Positions 55,225-64,000 of a stretch of 64,000 nt of DNA are shown here, one piece after another (within the stretch, counting starts at the first letter, position 1; every line of letters begins with the position of its first letter). Location: NCBI GenBank assembly GCA_965215195.1, contig CBDCDC010000002.1, positions 1,440,001 to 1,504,000 of the forward strand. The letters are read 5' to 3'. The position numbers and the translations under genes are program-made. The DNA is from Candidatus Latescibacterota bacterium (GTDB lineage Bacteria > Latescibacterota > UBA2968 > UBA8231). Under the pieces are notes generated by a model that saw only the letters and a program-made list of their open reading frames with translations, did no database searches and had not been told where the DNA came from.

Positions 55225-56820
55225 CTACTGGTCGTAGCGCTCCCGGTACATCGCCCTGAGCGCCTCGGCCTCTTTGGGATCGAGCCCCTTCATCCACGCG
55301 TGCTCTTCTTGGGCGAGCAAGGCCGCCACTTTGGTGCGGTACTTGTGCTCCATGGCTTCGCTCTTGCTCGCGGCCGCTTCGATCGCGGCCGGCAGGAACT
55401 CCATGTAGTAGTGCTTGGCCACTTCGTACATGCCGTGCCAGTGCGTGTAGTCGGGGCCCATCATGCTGGCGCCGTGGCGCGCGCGGCGGCCTTCGTGATG
55501 CCACAGCTCCCAGAACACCCACTGCACCTCGTGTTCAAACGGAGCGTCCGGCTTTAACACCCCGTCGGACTTGAGCTCGTCCATCATCTGTTTGGCCGGG
55601 CGGGCGAACTTCTCGTTGTAGAGGACGACGAGGTCGTCGAACTGCTTGTAGAAATTATCCACGTATGCGTCGCTGTGGCAGTTGAGACAGGCCCCTTTCA
55701 TCTTCTCGCGCCGCTCTTGCCAAGTGACGATCTCCTTTACCCGCCGCGGAACCGTCTTGCTGACGAGTTGTTCGTTCTCCACGACCTTCTCGACCGTCTC
55801 CACGACCTCCCCCGAGTCGGGCAGGGCCCGCGTATCGGGATAGTCTTCCCGGAAGCCGTCCTCAAAGATCACCAAGTTCTGTTTTGTGCTGATAACCGGC
55901 CTCAGAGTCCAGCTAATGCGCTCGCCTACGTCGTGGCTGTTGGCTTCGTACACGCCCTGCGGCGTCATGTAGCTGCTGATGTGACAGGTGGCACACGTTG
56001 GGGCGGCCGAGTAGTCGCGGCCGAGGACCCAGTCGCCATCCTTGTCCAGCGCCATGCGGTCGCGGTTGGCGTAGAAGGCAATGCCGTGCTTGGACTCGTT
56101 GTAGATCTCGATCTGCGGGTGGTCGGGGCCCATGTGGCACTTGCCGCAGTTTTCGGGTGCGCGCGCCAGCTTGGCTTGGAAGGCGTGGCGCGAGTGGCAG
56201 GCGTGGCACGAGCCTTTGGAGCCGTCGGGATTGAGCCGCCCCATGCCGCTGTTGGGCCAAGTGTCGGCGTCGATCACCGGCTTGTTCTCCTTGCCGCTGC
56301 GCACGATAGCGCCGGCCTCGTCGCGCTCAAAGCGCACGATGCTGCCGTGGCACTGCCAGCAGCCATTGACCGCGTCGGCGATGTTGTCCGGCAGACCGGC
56401 CGCTTTCTCGGCGAGCACATTGTCGAGACTGGCCAAAATTTCACCGGCGCGGGCGTGGTGGCTCACCGAGAACTGCTCAAACTCGCGCACGTGACAGGTG
56501 GCGCAGTCCTTTGGCGTCACCAGCGCCGACACCCAAACCCCTTCGTGTTTCCACGCATCTTCGTCGCTGCTGTCAGCCGCATGGCAGTCGAAACATCCCA
56601 CCCCGAGTTCGGCGTGGCGCGACTCCTCCCATTCCATGACCAGCGCCGGGCTGTCTTGGCGGTGACAAGACACGCACGCTTGGTTCGACGACGTCACTAT
56701 CGGCCCGGGATCTTCCTCTTCGCGGGCCAGTCTCGACTCGTGGTAGGCGACGACGAGCAGCGACAGCAGGAACAGGAACGAAAGGGCCGCCACGATGTAG
56801 CGCTTGGCCGTCAGTGTCAT
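55225..56820 (-). CDS. octaheme cytochrome c, hydroxylamine oxidoreductase (HAO) family
   Basis: 8 CxxCH motifs (CVSCH, CFDCH, CATCH, CWQCH, CHACH, CGKCH, CATCH, CLNCH); GPDHPQIEIYNESKHG; GPDYTHWHG; N-terminal TM. Confidence 0.88.
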   Translation of the reverse strand: MTLTAKRYIVAALSFLFLLSLLVVAYHESRLAREEEDPGPIVTSSNQACVSCHRQDSPALVMEWEESRHAELGVGCFDCHAADSSDEDAWKHEGVWVSALVTPKDCATCHVREFEQFSVSHHARAGEILASLDNVLAEKAAGLPDNIADAVNGCWQCHGSIVRFERDEAGAIVRSGKENKPVIDADTWPNSGMGRLNPDGSKGSCHACHSRHAFQAKLARAPENCGKCHMGPDHPQIEIYNESKHGIAFYANRDRMALDKDGDWVLGRDYSAAPTCATCHISSYMTPQGVYEANSHDVGERISWTLRPVISTKQNLVIFEDGFREDYPDTRALPDSGEVVETVEKVVENEQLVSKTVPRRVKEIVTWQERREKMKGACLNCHSDAYVDNFYKQFDDLVVLYNEKFARPAKQMMDELKSDGVLKPDAPFEHEVQWVFWELWHHEGRRARHGASMMGPDYTHWHGMYEVAKHYYMEFLPAAIEAAASKSEAMEHKYRTKVAALLAQEEHAWMKGLDPKEAEALRAMYRERYDQ

Positions 56821-56840
56821 CAGAGCAATCCTCGCGGTTT

Positions 56841-57908
56841 TTAGGGTATATGTCCGGTGTCGAGGCTCTCCCACACGGTCAGGGCGAGGAAGCCGAGAAA
56901 AGCAATTGCGCCCACACACACAGATGCCGTGTCCGAAAAACGCAAGCGCCTTTGCAGATAGCTTTCGATGAACGGCCAGAACAAAAGCGCCACCAGCCCC
57001 GCCGTCATCAGCAACACACTGAGCCGCAGCGAGGTCAGCTTGAGCAGGCGAAAGCTAAAGTAGAAATACCACTCCGGCTTGATGTGCGCCGGCGTTTGCG
57101 CCGGATTGGCCGGCTCGCCCAGACCGGCCGGAAAAATCAGCGCCAGCAGGGTCAGCACGTACATCAGCAGCACGCCGATCAGCAGTTCGGTCGTGGTGTG
57201 GTCGGGCCAGAAGCGAAAGAAGCGCGCCTCGTCTTGAACTTTCTCGCCCTCGAAAACCTGCTCGGTGACCCCCTGCATTCTGACCAGCGTGATGTGCAGC
57301 CCAACGAGGACAAACGCGACAGTGGGCAGCACGCCGATGTGGAGGATGAAAAATCGCGTCAGGGTATTCGCCCCAATCTCCTCGCCACCGCGCAGCATGT
57401 ACGCGGCCACGCCCCCCACCAAGGGCAGCGCTTCGACCAAGTTGGCCGCTACCGTTGCCCCCCAGAAGCTGAGCTGTTCGTAAATGAGCGAGTACCCGGT
57501 AAACCCGAAGGCGAGCGTGGTCAGCAGCAGGCCGATGCCCACCATCCAATTTAGCTGGCGCGGGTGCCGGTACGCAGCGGTGAAGTACACGCGCAGCATG
57601 TGCAGGAATACGGCGACGATCATCAGATTGGAAGCCCACTTGTGCAGCGAGCGGATGTACCAGCCAAAGCGCACCTCGCGCGTGATCGTCTCGACGCTGG
57701 CATAGGCTTCCGCGGGCGAGGGCACGTAGTAGAAGGTCAGGGCGATGCCGGTGAGGACCTGCACGACAAACAGGTACGCCACCGTGCCCCCGAGACAGAA
57801 CCACCACTTCTTGAGGTGATAGGGCACCGGCTCGGCACCGGCATGGCGCACCAACTCCCAGTCGAGCGGAAACAGCTCGCTCCAGCGGCGCTCGCCGGGC
57901 GCGCTCAT
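56841..57908 (-). CDS. cytochrome b (b6-type N-terminus fused to subunit IV)
   Basis: WFCLGG, RSLHKW, HMLRV, FTGYSL, FFILH, KPEWYF. Confidence 0.93.
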   Translation of the reverse strand: MSAPGERRWSELFPLDWELVRHAGAEPVPYHLKKWWFCLGGTVAYLFVVQVLTGIALTFYYVPSPAEAYASVETITREVRFGWYIRSLHKWASNLMIVAVFLHMLRVYFTAAYRHPRQLNWMVGIGLLLTTLAFGFTGYSLIYEQLSFWGATVAANLVEALPLVGGVAAYMLRGGEEIGANTLTRFFILHIGVLPTVAFVLVGLHITLVRMQGVTEQVFEGEKVQDEARFFRFWPDHTTTELLIGVLLMYVLTLLALIFPAGLGEPANPAQTPAHIKPEWYFYFSFRLLKLTSLRLSVLLMTAGLVALLFWPFIESYLQRRLRFSDTASVCVGAIAFLGFLALTVWESLDTGHIP

Positions 57909-58378
57909 CGGGGCGCGTCCACTTCGAGATAGACCACCTGATTTTTGTCGTCCACGACCAATGGAGCCGGGTAAAGGCTCTGCCCGGCATCGGCGGGCGG
58001 CCCCGAGATTGCGACGCCGTCGGCGTTAAAAACGCCGTTGTGGCAGGGGCAGAAGAAGCGCGTCGCGTCGGCTTCCCAATGCACCTTGCACCCCAAGTGG
58101 GGACAGGTTGAGCTAAAGGCCTGAAAGCCGTCCTCGGTGCGCTTGACCAGCACCTCGTTGCCTTCGAGGTCGCGGATGGTGCGCACCGCGTCCATCTCGA
58201 AAGCCTCTACCGGACCGACGAAGATCCGGCGCTTGCGCTTGGCCAGCCCGGTCGGCAAAAGAAAACTCAGGGTCTGACCTGCCAAGGTTCCGTAACTGGC
58301 CAGCAAGCCAGCGCCCATGAGCACCGACGCCAGCCAAGAACGGCGCGAGCTTTTGCCATTGTTGTGCGTATCATTCAT
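57905..58378 (-). CDS. Rieske 2Fe-2S subunit
   Basis: SRRSWL Tat-like leader, CPHLGC, CPCHNG. Confidence 0.93.
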   Translation of the reverse strand: MNDTHNNGKSSRRSWLASVLMGAGLLASYGTLAGQTLSFLLPTGLAKRKRRIFVGPVEAFEMDAVRTIRDLEGNEVLVKRTEDGFQAFSSTCPHLGCKVHWEADATRFFCPCHNGVFNADGVAISGPPADAGQSLYPAPLVVDDKNQVVYLEVDAPR

Positions 58379-58555
58379 GGCGCGTCATTTCTCCGATTCG
58401 CTTATTGAAAGTTATAAAGGGCCTTCTGGGGCACTTGGTCAATCCCCGGCCGAGAGCAGTCGCCGCGTCTATACGCATGCAGCGCATTTCCGCAACAGCG
58501 GTCCAAGCTGGCAGACGCGGTCTTTGGCCCTGCCGAATGAGCGCGACCTTCGCAC

Positions 58556-59725
58556 TTAGCGCCTCTGCTTGGCCAAGCGGCCCAGCGCCGCGAGCAGCTC
58601 GTCGATTTCAGCTTCAAGTAGGAAAAAGGCCATGCTGGCGCGCAAGCCTTCGCGCCCGTGCGGCAGCGGCTTGATCACCATATTCCACTCCGCTCGAAGC
58701 ACCTCGCTCAATTCCTCTCCCTTCCATCCCGCCAGCCCAAAGCTGACCAAGGCCGCGGACCGCTGCGGGGAGCGCGGAGTGTAGAGCACTGCGCCTGGGA
58801 TCTGCGCCAGCCCCTCCTTCAGCCGCCCGGCCAACGCCACCGTCCGCGCCCAGATCGCCTCCAGCCCGATGGCCGACAGATACTCGACAGCAAAGGCCCA
58901 AGCCAGCACCAGCGGCCAGCACCAAGGGCCGTACTGAAAGCGCTCGGCCGTCTCGCGCAGCGCAAAGGTGCCGGCCACCGGGTCCAACCATTGTTCGGCC
59001 CGCCCCCCGGCATAGCGCACCTGCACCGCGCCGAGGGCCTCCTGCCGCACGTAGAGCAACCCGGCTGCATACGGCGCGTACATCCACTTATAGGAGAGCA
59101 CACCGGCAAAGTCGCACCCCAGCGCGTGCAAGTCCAAAGGGTACAGCCCGGCCGAATGCGCCAGATCCAAAAAGCTACGCACCCCCCGCGCCCGCGCTGC
59201 CGCGCAAATCCGCTCCACCGGCAGGCGGAACCCCAAGTCGGTCGTCACGTGGCTCAGGGCCACGAGCTTGGTCCGCTCCCCCAGCCGCTCCGCCACGGCC
59301 TGCACCTGCTCGTCGGCGTCGTCAATCAGCGGCACCTTCACCACCTCAACCCCGTACACATCCCGCAAGTGCAAGGCCGGCAAAAGCAGCGCGGCCTCCT
59401 CGTCCGCGCTGAGTACAATCTCGTCTCCAGCCGCCCACTCCATCCCCCGCACCACCGTCTGAAACCCCTCGCTGACCCCCCGCATCAATGCCAGCTCTCC
59501 AGCCGCCACCCCGAAAAACCGCGCCAGCCGCTCCAGCGCCGCCTTGCGCCGCGGATACTCTTCCTCTGGATAGACGATGTGCAAAGGCCCCCGCCGCACC
59601 ATCTCTTCCGTCCACCGCGCGTACTCAGCGGCCACTGGCACCGGCGCAATGCTCACTCCCCCGTTCTGGAACCAAGTGTACTGCTCCAGCGCGGGGAAGT
59701 CGCGGCGAATCGCTTGGACGTCCAC
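58556..59725 (-). CDS. class V aminotransferase-fold PLP enzyme
   Basis: IRRDFP, LSHVT, DLAHSAG, SYKWMYAP, LRAS. Confidence 0.88.
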   Translation of the reverse strand: MDVQAIRRDFPALEQYTWFQNGGVSIAPVPVAAEYARWTEEMVRRGPLHIVYPEEEYPRRKAALERLARFFGVAAGELALMRGVSEGFQTVVRGMEWAAGDEIVLSADEEAALLLPALHLRDVYGVEVVKVPLIDDADEQVQAVAERLGERTKLVALSHVTTDLGFRLPVERICAAARARGVRSFLDLAHSAGLYPLDLHALGCDFAGVLSYKWMYAPYAAGLLYVRQEALGAVQVRYAGGRAEQWLDPVAGTFALRETAERFQYGPWCWPLVLAWAFAVEYLSAIGLEAIWARTVALAGRLKEGLAQIPGAVLYTPRSPQRSAALVSFGLAGWKGEELSEVLRAEWNMVIKPLPHGREGLRASMAFFLLEAEIDELLAALGRLAKQRR

Positions 59726-59730
59726 AGCAT

Positions 59731-60915
59731 TCAATCCGCGGATGCGACGCCGCAATAATCGGCTGCGGCCAGCGCGTACACTTGCGCCGCCCGCTCCAGC
59801 CGATCCACCTCCACCCACTCTACATCCGCGTGCGCCGTCTCGTTTGAGGGGCCGTAGTAAAAGGTCGGCAACCCGGTCCCATGCACGTATAAATTGGCAT
59901 CTCCTACAATCCGCATCCCCACCAACTCGGCCTCTTGGCCGGTCACCTGCTCGTGCGCCCGCCCCACCGCTTGCACGGCCGCATCGTCGGCCGGCGTCTC
60001 AAACGGCTCGCGCTCGTGCTCCATCTCGACCCGCAGGCCCAACCCCCCAGCCTCGGCCAATGGCCGCGCCAAGTCCTCTAACTCCGCCAATACCTCCGCC
60101 GCAGAGCGCCCCGGCAGCCAGCGCCGAGTCCCCGTCAGCGTACAGCAGAGCGGTGTGCGGTTGAAATAGTCGCCCCCGGCCACGATCCCTAGGTCAATTC
60201 GCTCGGCACCGGCCAAGGCGTGGGCCGGCCCGGCGTTGAGCGCGAGCTGGCACTGGTGGATCCGCTCGATGAGCGCACCCACAAAGCGGAGCGGATTGTC
60301 CGCAAAGGGCACGTACTGGGTGTGCTTGCCGCCAGCGGCCGATTCGAGCGCGATGGTAAAGACCATGGACCCCATGCTCATCACCCACAGGGCGTCGCGG
60401 CCCTCGACGATCAAGATCCGGTCGCCGCCAATCCGCCCGCTGTTGCGATCGGCGATCAGGGCCAGCGGCCCGTCCTTTTGCGCCTCGATCTCTTCGTGCC
60501 CCACAATCGCCGTCAACCACAAGTCGCCCTGCAATTCCACCCCGCTTTGCAAGAGCGCCTTGACCGCGCCCAAGGCCGCGGCCATCCCCCCCTTCATGTC
60601 GGTCGCTCCGCGTCCGTACACGCGGTTGCCCTCGCGGCGCGCGGGCGGGCAAGCCCCCACCGGGATGGTGTCGAGATGGCCGTTGAGCATCAGGGAGGGG
60701 CCACCCCCCCGGCCTGCGATGCGGGCGTAGAGGTTGTTGCGCCCTGGACTCACTTCTCGCACATCCACCGCTAAGCCGACCTCGCGCATCATGGCCGCAT
60801 AGGCGCGGCATACTTCGGCTTCGGCCATGGTTACGCTGTACATATCGACCAATTCCCGGGTCCGCTCGGCCACCCATTCTCGGTCGATAGCCGCGATTAA
60901 TTTTTCCATCTGCAT
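59731..60915 (-). CDS. M20 family metallopeptidase/deacylase (ArgE/DapE-like)
   Basis: NGHLDT, GRGATDMKGG, GHEE, AHADVE. Confidence 0.9.
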   Translation of the reverse strand: MQMEKLIAAIDREWVAERTRELVDMYSVTMAEAEVCRAYAAMMREVGLAVDVREVSPGRNNLYARIAGRGGGPSLMLNGHLDTIPVGACPPARREGNRVYGRGATDMKGGMAAALGAVKALLQSGVELQGDLWLTAIVGHEEIEAQKDGPLALIADRNSGRIGGDRILIVEGRDALWVMSMGSMVFTIALESAAGGKHTQYVPFADNPLRFVGALIERIHQCQLALNAGPAHALAGAERIDLGIVAGGDYFNRTPLCCTLTGTRRWLPGRSAAEVLAELEDLARPLAEAGGLGLRVEMEHEREPFETPADDAAVQAVGRAHEQVTGQEAELVGMRIVGDANLYVHGTGLPTFYYGPSNETAHADVEWVEVDRLERAAQVYALAAADYCGVASAD

Positions 60916-61026
60916 CGCTCCATTCTCTCGTATAGCCGGGCCTCCTCGTTTGCACCGCCGCTAGGAGGGGCCTTCTTTAGGCCATAATATATCAAGTTTC
61001 AGGATCTTCAGAAGTGAGGAAGTAAT

Positions 61027-61235
61027 ATGCTCAAATTAAAGAATCTCAAGCTCAGGGCTTTCGCTCCATCAAGGAAATGACGTTGGAACTCCGACCGCTC
61101 AATGTTTTGATCGGGGCCAATGGGGCCGGTAAGAGCAATCTCATTGCCTTCTTCAAGTTAGTAAATGAATTAATGGGCGGACGGCTTCAGCAACATATTG
61201 GGACGACTGGGCGGGCCACGGCCAATTTGCATTTT
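61027..61235 (+). pseudogene. N-terminal stump of an ABC/AAA_21-type ATPase, frameshifted near 61055
   Basis: MLKLKNLKL, then GFRSIKEMTLELRPLNVLIGANGAGKSNL in another frame; truncated after ANLHF. Confidence 0.8.
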
Positions 61236-61596
61236 CGCCGAAGGTCTAACAGAGCAGACATTTGCCGATACGGTCTTGAAGCCACATCTAGCGGACCTCG
61301 GCGTCTATATGCAGAAACCGGCGTTGATTGCCCACGCCCGGAAGAAGAATGCAGATTCCCCAATCTCCGCTTTGCAGAGCATTGTCGATGATGCCCAGTC
61401 CCCAGAACTGATTGACGACGGACAACACACGGCTCCATCGAAGCGGATTATCGCCGAATTTCCCGAATACTCGAAGACAACAGTAGGATCGCAGATGGCA
61501 GAACGGATTGGCTTGCAGAACATCCGCTCCAAATGTCCTCACTTTAAGGTGTGGGTTGAGCGACTTGAGAAACTCGGAGCACCGGAGCAGCCGTAA
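61230..61596 (+). pseudogene. internally deleted DUF4276-family (TOPRIM-like) protein
   Basis: FAEGLTEQTFADTVLKPHL joined to PELIDDG..TAPSKRI..IGLQNIRSKCPHF; central region absent. Confidence 0.75.
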
Positions 61597-61602
61597 CAGG
61601 TG

Positions 61603-64000
61603 ATGACCAAAACGACGACGCGACTGACGACAGCAGTTGAAACCTACTTCGCCGACCTGCAACGGGTAAGGGCATCCGGCGGTGCAACGGGCGAGCGCTC
61701 GAGCTATGGGCCGCTCGCCAACCTGCTGAACGCCATCGGCGCAACGCTCAAGCCCAAGGTGTTTTGCGTTGGCGAGTTGGCCGATCAGGGAGCGGGGCAT
61801 CCCGACTTTGGACTTTATGCAGCAAAGCAGGTGCAGAAGAGGCAACCGAAACAAGGGCAAGTGCCCGAAGGCGGCGTGGTCGAGGTGAAGGCGGCTGACG
61901 ATGACGCTTGGCTGACGGCGGCGGGCGATCAGGTGAGCCGTTATTGGGGCCGCTATCGGCTGGTGCTGGTGACCAATACGCGCGACTTCGTGCTGGTCGG
62001 CGAGGATGCGGAAGGGCGACTGGCTAAGCTCGAAACGTTCCGGCTAGCCGAGAGTACCGAGGAATTCGACCGTCGCTTGGAGACGCCGCGTACTTTTGCC
62101 GGCGAGGTCGGCGCGGGCTTGGGCGAATATCTGTGCCGGGCGCTGGCGCATCGGGCGCGGCTGGCCGAGCCGAAGGACTTGGCGTGGCTGCTGGCGTCTC
62201 ATGCCCGCGATGCGCTGGCGCGAGTTGAGGCTGCAGGCGATGCGCTGTCGTTGGCGGCAGTGCGGACGGCGCTGGAAGAGGCACTCGGCGTTCGCTTTGA
62301 AGGCGAACGGGGTGCGCGGTTTTTCCGTTCGACGCTGGTGCAGACCCTGTTCTACGGGGTGTTTTCCGCTTGGGTGCTGTGGGCGCGACAGACACCGCCG
62401 CCCGAAAAAGCAGCGTTCAATTGGCGCGGAGCGGTTTGGCATTTGCGGGCACCCGTCATGCAGGCGCTGTTCCAACAGCTATCGCAGCCCGGTCGGCTGC
62501 AACCGCTCGGCCTCGTCGAAGTGCTGGACTGGACGTCTGCTGCGCTCAACCGGGTGGATCGCGACGCCTTCTTTGCCCGCTTCAACGAGGGCGAGGCCGT
62601 AACCTATTTCTACGAGCCGTTCCTCGAAGCCTTTGATCCCGAGCTGCGCAAGCAGTTGGGCGTTTGGTACACCCCAGCCGAAGTGGTGCGCTACATGGTC
62701 GCCCGCGTCGATAAGGCGCTTAGGGACGATCTCGGCATCGCCGATGGGCTGGCTGCGGAAAACGTCTATGTGCTCGATCCGTGCTGTGGCACCGGCGCGT
62801 ATCTGGCGGAAGTGCTGCGCCGCATCGCGGCCAATTTGGAAAATCAAGGCTTGGGTGCGCTGACTGGCGCACGGGTTAAGCAGGCGGCGACCGAGCGCGT
62901 GTTCGGCTTTGAGATTATGCCGGCACCTTTTGTCGTGGCTCATTTGCAAGTTGGGTTGACCATGCAGGCGCTCGACGCGGCGTTGGCCGATGACGGGAAG
63001 GAACGCGCCCAAGTGTTCCTCACCAATGCGCTGACCGGCTGGGAGCCGCGCACGACCAAGCCGTTGCCGTTTCCCGAACTGGAGGAGGAACGCGACCGCG
63101 CCGAGCGGGTGAAGCAGGAGACGCCGATTCTGGTGATTCTCGGCAATCCGCCCTACAACGGTTTTGCCGGTATGGCGGTGGATGAAGAACAGGAACTGTT
63201 GGAAGCATACCGGTCGTCTAATCGGGTACAACTGCCCGATACTAGGGCACTGCATGATCTCTATGTCCGCTTCTTCCGCATGGCGGAACGGCGTATCGCG
63301 GAGAGAACCGGACAAGGCATAGTCTGCTTCATCTCCAACTACTCATGGCTCGATGGACGTTCGTTCGCGGGGATGCGCGAGCGTTACCTAGAGGCGTTCG
63401 ATGCGATCAGGATCGACTGCTTGAATGGGGATATCCGAAGGGGTGGGAAGACGCCTGATGGTCAGCCAGATGCGAGCGTTTTCACGATTCCAAGTGGATC
63501 GGTCGGCATCCGGGTCGGCACCGCTATAGCGACGCTGGTGCGCAAGGCCGACCACACACCGTCTAGGAAGATCGGTTTCCGTCATCTCTGGGGAGAGGCC
63601 AAGCGCGAGAAATTGACAGAGACAGCGGAGTCGGAACCGGACGCGCTTTACGACAGCATCGAGCCGGTCCTGCCACTTGGCCTGCCCTTTGCACCCATAG
63701 TAGCTAGCCCTGATTGGTTCAAATGGCCGGCACTACCTGACCTGTTCCCCGTCCAATTCTCTGGAGTCAATACCAACCGTGATGCGTTCGTTGTTGACAT
63801 AGATCTCACTTCGTTGAAGTCTCGCATCGCCGACTATTTCAACTCGGAACTCAGCCACGAGGAGATCGCGAGGCTCCAACCCGCTGCGATGCAGAATAGA
63901 GCGCGATACAATCCCCGTGCGGTACGCGACACTCTTCTCGCACGAGGCGGTCCGAATGAGGACGGCTTCATCCGCTACGCCTATCGGCCATTCGATATTC
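61603..64000 (+). CDS. Type IIG/ISP-like restriction-modification enzyme (nuclease, N6-MTase, TRD); runs off the window end
   Basis: Translated by hand, absent from the ORF track because it has no stop: HPDFG..VVEVK, FYEPFL, GVWYTP, VLDPCCGTG, LGNPPY, DLYVRFFR, YAYRPFD. Confidence 0.9.
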   Translation, partial: MTKTTTRLTTAVETYFADLQRVRASGGATGERSSYGPLANLLNAIGATLKPKVFCVGELADQGAGHPDFGLYAAKQVQKRQPKQGQVPEGGVVEVKAADDDAWLTAAGDQVSRYWGRYRLVLVTNTRDFVLVGEDAEGRLAKLETFRLAESTEEFDRRLETPRTFAGEVGAGLGEYLCRALAHRARLAEPKDLAWLLASHARDALARVEAAGDALSLAAVRTALEEALGVRFEGERGARFFRSTLVQTLFYGVFSAWVLWARQTPPPEKAAFNWRGAVWHLRAPVMQALFQQLSQPGRLQPLGLVEVLDWTSAALNRVDRDAFFARFNEGEAVTYFYEPFLEAFDPELRKQLGVWYTPAEVVRYMVARVDKALRDDLGIADGLAAENVYVLDPCCGTGAYLAEVLRRIAANLENQGLGALTGARVKQAATERVFGFEIMPAPFVVAHLQVGLTMQALDAALADDGKERAQVFLTNALTGWEPRTTKPLPFPELEEERDRAERVKQETPILVILGNPPYNGFAGMAVDEEQELLEAYRSSNRVQLPDTRALHDLYVRFFRMAERRIAERTGQGIVCFISNYSWLDGRSFAGMRERYLEAFDAIRIDCLNGDIRRGGKTPDGQPDASVFTIPSGSVGIRVGTAIATLVRKADHTPSRKIGFRHLWGEAKREKLTETAESEPDALYDSIEPVLPLGLPFAPIVASPDWFKWPALPDLFPVQFSGVNTNRDAFVVDIDLTSLKSRIADYFNSELSHEEIARLQPAAMQNRARYNPRAVRDTLLARGGPNEDGFIRYAYRPFDI

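Noticed and set aside
55225-56820. Evidence for ammonia oxidation or anammox
   Set aside because: No amo, cycAB or hzs genes are in the window, and HAO-family proteins are widespread outside nitrifiers.

Overview
GC-rich bacterial chromosome segment. Two secreted proteins carry C-terminal WGxIK and FlgD-Ig (ANYPNPFNP) tails, which suggests an FCB-group organism such as Ca. Latescibacterota (inference). Core and metabolic genes include the metG 3' end, polA, moaA, a coxDEF-like trio, speD, HU/IHF, a Glu/Leu/Phe/Val dehydrogenase, a MacAB-type exporter, a sigma-54 two-component system, an MbnP/MbnH pair and a Rieske / cytochrome b / octaheme HAO-like operon. Visibly lower-GC accessory inserts are scattered between them: an orphan DNA methyltransferase, a coiled-coil protein with a RelE-like tail, a ParA plus partner, a Type IIG/ISP-like RM enzyme running off the window end, and several short stumps of defence or toxin-antitoxin genes. 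REP-like repeats and one clear 102-bp MITE are also present. The strongest candidates for new biology are (1) a promoter-to-terminator ~300-nt structured transcript after metG, carrying a 16-nt near-perfect complement of the 16S rRNA 3' end inside a 23-codon sORF, (2) a FolC/ATP-grasp fusion, (3) an EVE gene coupled to a mini GIY-YIG gene, (4) the b6-type bc complex with an octaheme subunit, and (5) a small RNA, terminator and NYN nuclease remnant unit. No rRNA, tRNA or CRISPR array was seen. All family calls come from motif recognition by eye, with no database search.
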